The position numbers and the translations under genes were made by a program. 43,403 nucleotides of DNA from PVC group bacterium (GTDB taxonomy: Bacteria > Auribacterota > Erginobacteria > Erginobacterales > Erginobacteraceae), in contig JAZDIV010000134.1 of assembly GCA_043804695.1 (NCBI GenBank), positions 1 through 43,403 of the forward strand, in the 5' to 3' direction. Below the pieces are notes generated by a model. That model made no database searches, was not told the DNA's origin, and saw only the letters and a list, made by a program, of their open reading frames with translations. This document shows positions 36,740 to 43,403 of this stretch, piece after piece (the stretch's first letter is position 1; every line of letters begins with the position of its first letter).

Positions 36740-39700
36740 ATGAAGCTCATAACCATTCTGACATCTTTACTCGCGGCAGCCCTTTCGGTCCGCCCGGCAG
36801 CCGGTCAGGATATCCTCCCCTTCGCGCCGGATGACACGCTGGAAGAGATCCGCTACAAGATCAACCATAACGGCTACTCCTTCGAGGTCGCCGACAACTG
36901 GGTTTTTTCCATGTCCCCGGAAGAAAAGGCCCAATTTTTCAGCCGCCGATTCCCGGACCGGCCGGCCGCAAGAACAGTTTCGCTCAAGTTCAGCCCCCTT
37001 CTCAAGCAACTCGGGAAGCAGCTCCCCTTAAATTTTGACTGGCGTAACGTGGGCGGTTACTCTTACATCGGCGGAATTCGCAATCAGGGAGGCTGCGGTT
37101 CCTGCTACTCCTTCGGGGCCAACGCCGCCGCCGAGGGGACCTATAACTGGGCCAACGGTCTCTATGACGGAAACTGCATCGACTTCTCCGAGTCCTACAT
37201 CATCTGGTGCCTGGGGAGGCTCCCGGCGTACAGCTCCCACTTCTTCGGCTGCGGCGGGGCGGACTGGGATTATGCCGAGCTCGACGCCCTCTGCCTGGAA
37301 GGGGTCGGCACGGAGTCCGACTTCCCCTACACGACGACCGACCCCGGATCCTGCACTCACTGGGGCGATCAAACCTACGTCTTTCAATCCTGGCACCGGA
37401 TCGACTGCCTCGACGTCGAAGCGATCAAGACTGCTATCATGACCTACGGCCCGGTTGACGCCGCCGTTTACGTTCAAGGGGCTTTCCAGAGTTACAGCGG
37501 CGGCGTTTACGAAGACTCGTACACCTCGTGCCCTCCCGATCCCGGCATCGGTCCGGAGTGCTATCACGCCTACACCAACCACGCCATCGCGCTGATCGGC
37601 TGGGACGACGCGCCCCCGGAGGGGGGCGGAGGAGTCTGGATTCTTCGCAACTCCTGGGGGACATCCTGGGGCGAGTCCGGTTATATGCGGATCCGTTATA
37701 CTTCGGCCCGTGTCGCCTGCGAGGTCTGCTACCTGGTCTATCAACCTCCGGCCACGCCGACGCCGACACCGGTCGGTTTTCATACCCCGACACCAACCCC
37801 GACCATAACCCCCACGCCGGAAGGTTACAAAACCCCCACACCGACACCCTCCCCTTCTCCAACCTCGACGGCCGTCCCCCGAGAAATACCTTTCACGGAA
37901 GATTTTGAAGAAGCGTGGGACGGCGGCGCGCCGGCGGGCTGGACGAAGGAATACATTATGGGTACCAATGACTGGACGCAGGCGGCCGGAGGCTACAACG
38001 GCCACCCGGCTTCGGCTCATGGAGGTTCCTACAACGCTCGGTTCTTTTACGATGACTGGGCCGACATAGTCACCCGCCTGATCTCACCGCGCCTGGAGTT
38101 CGGTCCCCGCATCTACAATACCCGCCTCACCTTCTGGCTGGCCATGGAGGAGTGGGAGGGAGATCAGGATGAGCTGTCTGTTTACTACCGGACATCCGCC
38201 GGCGGGGAGTGGACCCTGCTGACTCACTACGACACCTCGCTCCCGTCCTGGGTTGAACGGAGCATCGACCTCCCCGAACCGGGAAACGATTACTATATCT
38301 GCTTCGAGTGCGACGCCAATTACGGGTACGGAGTCTGTATCGACGACCTGCTGATCACCGGGAATGCCGCCTACCCCACGCCCACACCCGTCGCGCCACC
38401 GCCGGCCACAGCAACCCCGACACCGACGCCATTCGCTCCTCCGCCGGCCACATCAACCCCGACACCGACGCCATTCGCTCCTCCGCCGGCCACATCAACC
38501 CCGACACCGCTCGCACCCACGCCGGCCGCAGCAACGCCGACACCGACGCCATTCGCTCCTCCGCCGGCCACATCAACCCCGACACCGACGCCATTCGCTC
38601 CTCCGCCGGCCACATCAACCCCGACACCGACGCCATTCGCTCCTCCGCCGGCCACAGCAACGCCGACACCCAATCAGTCGGCGACAACACCCACACCGCA
38701 ACCATCCGCCACACCGTCTCCTATCATCAATTTACTGTTGAATCCAAGCTTCGAGTTGGACCCGGCCCTGGTTAATTGGACCAAAGTAGGGACCTCAGAA
38801 ATGATCTACCGCGGGATTGGTGGTTGCCATGGAACATACTACTGTGTTTTCCAAGACCCCACTACCCAATATTCGGATAGGGGAATACGTTCCGAGGCTG
38901 TTTCGATTGCCGCCGGAAATTATTATGACTTTAATGGATGGTTTTATCTCCTTAATGAAGGGGGAATAGTAGATAACACCCAGTTCCAGTTTCTCATTGA
39001 ATGGAGAGATATCGCGCAGGCTATTCTTTCCACCTCAGGAATTTCCGACTGGAACCTGTCATCCTTTGATGTTTGGGAAGAGAAAAGCTATCCAGGCATT
39101 CAAGCTCCAGCAGGTTCGGCCTATGTAACTCTTTATTTGGCGGTAAAAGAGACATTAAATAACAATAACAATGCCTTTATAGATTATTTCTGCATTAATC
39201 CGGGGGGAGCACCTCCTTCACCGACTCCGCAAATATCCACTACACCCCCACTCCCCACACCTTCGCCCACCCCGTCAACATCCTGTAACTACCGGGTGTC
39301 CGGCACGGTCCTCGACCGGGATACCTCGGCCGCCATCCCGAACGCCGACGTCTGGCTCGAGTTCTCCGATCACGAAACGACACCGGCACAAACGAGCGGA
39401 CCCGACGGTTCCTACTCGATCTTCACCTATCAGCCTCATAGCCCCGGGACGGTACTGGCCCGGGCCGTCCACCCGGACTATCTCCCCGGGAACACGGCCA
39501 CCCAATGGGCATGCAACACCGAGATCGAGGGGATCGAGATAGAACTTGAGAGGGCCTCTGTCGTTACTCCGACGCCCGTTGCCACCCCGACCTGCGGTCC
39601 GCCGCTTGGGCAGCCGGGCTTCCTCCTCGAATCGGGGGATTATGACGGCGACGGGACCGCCGACATCGGGATCTTCCGGAGGGGTGGCGGCCTCTGGGCG

Positions 39701-40363
39701 ATCCGCGGCGTCACCCGGGCTTACTTCGGCGGCGCCGGCGACGTGCCCGTCTCCGGCGACTACGACGGCGACGGCACCGCCGACATCTCCATCTTCCGGC
39801 CGACCCAGGGCCTCTGGGCCCTCCGGGGGATCTCCCGGATCTACTACGGCATCCCCGGGGATTACCCGGCCCCCGCCGATTATGACGGGAACCGCACCGC
39901 CGACGTCTGCGTCTTCCGGGACGCCATCGGGCTCTGGGCGGTCCGGGGGGTCACCCGGGCCTATTTCGGGGTGACCGGCGACCGACCGGTCCCCGGCGAC
40001 TACGCGGGCGGGGGGACCGACGCCATCGGCATCTTCCGCCCCTCCTCCGGGACCTGGGCGGTCCGGGGCGTCACCCGGGTCTACTTCGGCGGTTTCGACG
40101 ACTGGCCGGTCCCCGGCGACTATAACGGCAACGGGAATTTCGAGGTGGCGATCTTCCGCCCCTGGTCGTCCGGACTCTGGGCGGTCCGCGGCGTCACCCG
40201 CTTCTACTACGGGCGCTGCACCGACTATCCCCTCCGGGCCGGTTTTGACGGCACCGGGACCGATAGTCCCGGCGTCTTCCGGCAGGATGTCGGCCTCTGG
40301 GCCGTCCGCGGGCTCACCCGGGCCTACTTTGGTGGCAGCGGCGACCTGCCCGTGACAAGGTAA
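36740..40363 (+). CDS. Secreted papain-like (C1A) cysteine protease with adhesin/CBM-like and Ig-like domains, Pro/Thr linkers and six C-terminal FG-GAP-like repeats
   Basis: Signal peptide MKLITIL...; FDWR, RNQGGCGSC, NHAIALIGW, RNSWG catalytic motifs; ends GDLPVTR; start trimmed from 36326. Confidence 0.88.
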   Translation: MKLITILTSLLAAALSVRPAAGQDILPFAPDDTLEEIRYKINHNGYSFEVADNWVFSMSPEEKAQFFSRRFPDRPAARTVSLKFSPLLKQLGKQLPLNFDWRNVGGYSYIGGIRNQGGCGSCYSFGANAAAEGTYNWANGLYDGNCIDFSESYIIWCLGRLPAYSSHFFGCGGADWDYAELDALCLEGVGTESDFPYTTTDPGSCTHWGDQTYVFQSWHRIDCLDVEAIKTAIMTYGPVDAAVYVQGAFQSYSGGVYEDSYTSCPPDPGIGPECYHAYTNHAIALIGWDDAPPEGGGGVWILRNSWGTSWGESGYMRIRYTSARVACEVCYLVYQPPATPTPTPVGFHTPTPTPTITPTPEGYKTPTPTPSPSPTSTAVPREIPFTEDFEEAWDGGAPAGWTKEYIMGTNDWTQAAGGYNGHPASAHGGSYNARFFYDDWADIVTRLISPRLEFGPRIYNTRLTFWLAMEEWEGDQDELSVYYRTSAGGEWTLLTHYDTSLPSWVERSIDLPEPGNDYYICFECDANYGYGVCIDDLLITGNAAYPTPTPVAPPPATATPTPTPFAPPPATSTPTPTPFAPPPATSTPTPLAPTPAAATPTPTPFAPPPATSTPTPTPFAPPPATSTPTPTPFAPPPATATPTPNQSATTPTPQPSATPSPIINLLLNPSFELDPALVNWTKVGTSEMIYRGIGGCHGTYYCVFQDPTTQYSDRGIRSEAVSIAAGNYYDFNGWFYLLNEGGIVDNTQFQFLIEWRDIAQAILSTSGISDWNLSSFDVWEEKSYPGIQAPAGSAYVTLYLAVKETLNNNNNAFIDYFCINPGGAPPSPTPQISTTPPLPTPSPTPSTSCNYRVSGTVLDRDTSAAIPNADVWLEFSDHETTPAQTSGPDGSYSIFTYQPHSPGTVLARAVHPDYLPGNTATQWACNTEIEGIEIELERASVVTPTPVATPTCGPPLGQPGFLLESGDYDGDGTADIGIFRRGGGLWAIRGVTRAYFGGAGDVPVSGDYDGDGTADISIFRPTQGLWALRGISRIYYGIPGDYPAPADYDGNRTADVCVFRDAIGLWAVRGVTRAYFGVTGDRPVPGDYAGGGTDAIGIFRPSSGTWAVRGVTRVYFGGFDDWPVPGDYNGNGNFEVAIFRPWSSGLWAVRGVTRFYYGRCTDYPLRAGFDGTGTDSPGVFRQDVGLWAVRGLTRAYFGGSGDLPVTR
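38393..38670 (+). repeat. In-frame 42-bp tandem repeat (PPPATSTPTPTPFA), about 6-7 units
   Basis: Near-identical units CCGCCGGCCACATCAACCCCGACACCGACGCCATTCGCTCCT. Confidence 0.9.
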
Positions 40364-40378
40364 AGGAAGAAGAAGTAA

Positions 40379-40560
40379 TCAGTACTTCTCCAGAGATACT
40401 TCTATTAACTCACTTATGGTGGATCTGTCCCGGATCCATCGCCAGGATCCCAGATCGCTGCCGGGCTTGATTAACCGTCCCAACACCACCGCTTCCGCCA
40501 GCGACCGCTCACGGGCGGACAGTCCAATTTCCTTCAAGATTTCCGGTAATGGTTCGTTGC
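40379..40560 (-). pseudogene. Transposase fragment (IS1634-like)
   Basis: EILKEIGLS...LAEAVVLGRLIKPGSDLGSWRWI...SELI resembles an internal IS1634 transposase segment; no DDE region, no IS ends seen. Confidence 0.5.
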
Positions 40561-40697
40561 CGGGGGCCATTCGGAGAACGAACGGACTCAACCAGGCTGT
40601 GTTTGATATACACATTGCCGGTTTTTTTATTGGTTGTTCCGGTTTCTCTAATAATCTCGAAATCGGGCAAAAGGGGAAAGTTGGGTTAGGAATTTTC

Positions 40698-40725
40698 TTG
40701 ACGCCGGACGAAAAAAGTGTATTCT
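40698..40725 (+). promoter_or_regulatory. Putative sigma70 promoter for the propeller gene
   Basis: TTGACG-N16-TATTCT. Confidence 0.4.
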
Positions 40726-40812
40726 ATCGTCATAAGGCCGAATTTTTTATTTGGATTTTATTGGAGGTTAAAAAATGATTGCACAAGTTCAACCTAAACA
40801 AGGAGTCGCGCG

Positions 40813-43403
40813 ATGAAAACAAGCGGCAAGAACAGACTTTCGGAAGTGTCTCGCCGGGGTATGATCCTGGCCGGGCTGATTCTGCTCGGGGCGGGGATGG
40901 AGCCCTTTTTACTTCCCGCCGGAACGCTTCTGCTCGATTACTCCACCTATCTCGGGGGGAGTTCTAATGAAATAGGGTATGGAATCACACTGGGGACGGG
41001 AGGGGAGGCGTATGTCACGGGTTATACTGGCTCTTTAAATTTTCCCACTGAAAATCCCTACCAGGCGAACTTTAGCGGATCTCTTGACGTCTTCGTGAGC
41101 AAGCTCGGAGCTTCCGGCTCGCAGCTCATCTTTTCCACCTATCTCGGGGGGAGTGATGCTGATGGCGGGTATGGAATCACACTGGGGACGGGAGGCGAGG
41201 CGTATGTTACGGGGTATACTGACTCTTTAAATTTTCCCACTGAAGATCCCTACCAGGCGAACTATAGCGGAGGGGGTGACGTCTTCGTGAGCAAGCTCGG
41301 AGCTTCCGGCTCGCAGCTCATCTTTTCCACCTATCTCGGGGGGAGTGATTCTGATCGAGGGTATGGAATCACACTGGGGACGGGAGGCGAGGCGTATGTC
41401 ACGGGGTTTACTGCCTCTTTAAATTTTCCCACTGAAAATCCCTACCAGGCGAACTTTAGCGGATCTCGTGAGGGCTTCGTGAGCAAGCTCGGAGCTTCCG
41501 GCTCGCAGCTCATCTTTTCCACCTATCTCGGGGGGAGTGATAGTGATTACGGGACTGGAATCACACTGGAGACGGGAGGCGAGGCGTATGTCACGGGGTT
41601 TACTAACTCTTTAAATTTTCCCACTGAAAATCCCTACCAGGCGAATTATAGCGGAGGGGGTGACGTCTTCGTGAGCAAGCTCGGAGCTTCCGGCTCGCAG
41701 CTCATCTTTTCCACCTATCTCGGGGGGAGTGATAGTGATGAAGTGTTTGGAATCACACCGGGGACGGGAGGCGAGGCGTATGTCACTGGGTATACTGACT
41801 CTTTAAATTTTCCCACTGAAAATCCCTGCCAGGCGAACGTTAGCGGATCTCGTGACGTCTTCGTGAGCAAGCTCGGCTCGACCGGCTCGGAGCTCATCTT
41901 TTCCACCTATCTCGGGGGGAGTGATAGTGATGAAGGGCATGGAATCACACTGGGGGCGGGAGGCGAGGCGTATGTCGCCGGGGTTACCTACTCCACAAAT
42001 TTTCCCACTGAAAATCCCTACCAGGCGAACTATAGCGGAGGGGGTGACGTCTTCGCGAGCAAGCTCGGAGCTTCCGGCTCGCAGCTCATCTTTTCCACCT
42101 ATCTCGGGGGGAGTGATTCTGATTGCGGGTATGGAATCACACTGGGGACGGGAGGCGAGGCGTATGTCACGGGGTATACTGACTCTGTAAATTTTCCCAC
42201 TGAAAATCCCTACCAAGGGGGATTTCAAGGAGGATCTCGTGACGTCTTCGTGAGCAAGCTGGTCTTTCTCACGACGCCGATGCCGACACCGACACCGGTG
42301 GGAGAGGTCTTCGAGGCGCCGATTGTGGTCACGCTGAACTACCACGGCAGCGGGGACACCACGGGTTTCGCCGACAACTACAACCATTACAGCTGCTTCT
42401 TTTTCGAAGAAACCGGCCGAGACGTGGTCTATTCATTTAACGTGAGCGCTCCGGGGACGCTGTCGATTTTGCTCAGCAACCTTTCCGTTGATCTCGACCT
42501 GATCCTCTGCGACATGCCCAATTGGAAGGATTGCGTGGACAGCAGCACGCGCGCGGGAACGAGAAACGAGGAGATCACGTTCGCCGCCGGGACGGGGACG
42601 TTCTACACGGTGGTGGACGGCTTCGGCGGCGCCTTCGGCCCCTATGACCTTGACATCGCGATCACCACGCCAACGCCCACGTCGACGCCGACGCCAAGCG
42701 CGACCCCGACGCCGAGCGCGTCCCCGGCGGCAACGCCCCGGGAGACGCCCACTCCGAAAAAGACCCCGACGCCTCTCACCACCCGCACCCCCTCCCCCAC
42801 GCCGACCTGCGGGCCGACGGTGGCCCAGCTCCGCTTCGTCCTCCAGTCGGGGGATTATGACGGCGACGGCACCGCCGACATCGGGATCTTCCGGAGAAGC
42901 GGCGGCCTCTGGGCGGTCCGCGGCGTCACCCGGGCCTACTTCGGCGGCGGAAACGACCTGCCCGTCTCCGGCGACTACGACGGCGACGGCACCGCCGACA
43001 TCTCCATCTTCCGCTCCGCCTGGAGCCTCTGGGCCCTCCGGGGGGTCTCCCGGATCTATTACGGTCTCCCCGGGGACTACCCGGCCCCCGCCGATTACGA
43101 CGGCAACCGCACCGCCGACGTCGGCGTCTTCCGGGACTTCGTCGGCCTCTGGGCGGTCCGGGGGGTCACCCGGGCCTATTTCGGGACGACCGGCGACAAA
43201 CCCGTCCCCGGCGACTACACGGGCGGGGGGACCGACGCCATCGGCATCTTCCGCCCCTCTTTCGGGACCTGGGCGGTCCGCGGCGTCACCCGGGTCTACT
43301 TCGGCGGTTTCGACGACTGGCCGGTCCCCGGCGACTATAACGGCAACGGGAACTTCGAGGTGGCGATCTTCCGCCCCTGGTCGTCCGGCCTCTGGGCGGT
43401 CCG
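40813..43403 (+). CDS. Secreted SBBP seven-bladed beta-propeller + PPC-like domain + Pro/Thr linker + FG-GAP-like C-terminal module (runs off the window; absent from the ORF track)
   Basis: AAGGAG SD, ATG 40813, MKTSGKNRLSEVSRRGMILAGLILLGAG, seven STYLGGS...AYVTG.T.S.NFP...DVFVSKL repeats, then GDYDGDG repeats; read manually without an in-frame stop. Confidence 0.88.
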   Translation, partial: MKTSGKNRLSEVSRRGMILAGLILLGAGMEPFLLPAGTLLLDYSTYLGGSSNEIGYGITLGTGGEAYVTGYTGSLNFPTENPYQANFSGSLDVFVSKLGASGSQLIFSTYLGGSDADGGYGITLGTGGEAYVTGYTDSLNFPTEDPYQANYSGGGDVFVSKLGASGSQLIFSTYLGGSDSDRGYGITLGTGGEAYVTGFTASLNFPTENPYQANFSGSREGFVSKLGASGSQLIFSTYLGGSDSDYGTGITLETGGEAYVTGFTNSLNFPTENPYQANYSGGGDVFVSKLGASGSQLIFSTYLGGSDSDEVFGITPGTGGEAYVTGYTDSLNFPTENPCQANVSGSRDVFVSKLGSTGSELIFSTYLGGSDSDEGHGITLGAGGEAYVAGVTYSTNFPTENPYQANYSGGGDVFASKLGASGSQLIFSTYLGGSDSDCGYGITLGTGGEAYVTGYTDSVNFPTENPYQGGFQGGSRDVFVSKLVFLTTPMPTPTPVGEVFEAPIVVTLNYHGSGDTTGFADNYNHYSCFFFEETGRDVVYSFNVSAPGTLSILLSNLSVDLDLILCDMPNWKDCVDSSTRAGTRNEEITFAAGTGTFYTVVDGFGGAFGPYDLDIAITTPTPTSTPTPSATPTPSASPAATPRETPTPKKTPTPLTTRTPSPTPTCGPTVAQLRFVLQSGDYDGDGTADIGIFRRSGGLWAVRGVTRAYFGGGNDLPVSGDYDGDGTADISIFRSAWSLWALRGVSRIYYGLPGDYPAPADYDGNRTADVGVFRDFVGLWAVRGVTRAYFGTTGDKPVPGDYTGGGTDAIGIFRPSFGTWAVRGVTRVYFGGFDDWPVPGDYNGNGNFEVAIFRPWSSGLWAV
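40942..42260 (+). repeat. Seven tandem 192-bp in-frame repeats
   Basis: Units start at 40942, 41134, 41326, 41518, 41710, 41902, 42094. Confidence 0.95.

Noticed and set aside
40942..42260. CRISPR array or DGR template/variable repeats
   Set aside because: The units are contiguous in-frame 192-bp coding repeats without unique spacers; differences are not adenine-specific and no reverse transcriptase or cas gene is in the window.

Overview
This is a high-GC bacterial chromosomal window with AT-rich, repeat-laden intergenic spacers. The secreted proteins ending in 'GDYDGDG..IFR..SGLWAVRGVTRxYFG' repeats, the sugar-phosphate microcompartment genes and the outer-membrane genes suggest a PVC-related diderm, tentatively Ca. 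Auribacterota/Aureabacteria (inference from recalled family patterns, not a search). Gene content: two CNNM/CorC paralogs (one frameshifted in an A6 run), a DnaJ-TPR protein, nucleotide salvage genes (MazG-like, mtnP, dut, HIT), two GT-C membrane glycosyltransferases (one STT3-like), a porin, rnhC, sppA, a split SPU-type BMC locus (rpiB and deoC with encapsulation peptides, a GlcD-like oxidase, three EutN pentamers, no hexamer), an allantoinase-like amidohydrolase, GHL10, SurA/PpiD-like, glyA, tsaC, yggS, DUF362, and three modular secreted proteins sharing one C-terminal six-repeat module. Most notable: (1) about 17 AT-armed hairpins with GNA triloops (some with tandem G.A mismatches) at gene boundaries, with the GNA strand pointing at the adjacent gene whether that end is a start or a stop; (2) a DnaE-derived PHP-thumb-TPR protein lacking the polymerase catalytic motifs; (3) a shared C-terminal '...PVTR' module on shuffled secreted proteins; (4) a 7x192-bp recently amplified beta-propeller gene, missing from the ORF track, with clustered variable codons; (5) a 120-bp MITE with an 8-bp target duplication.
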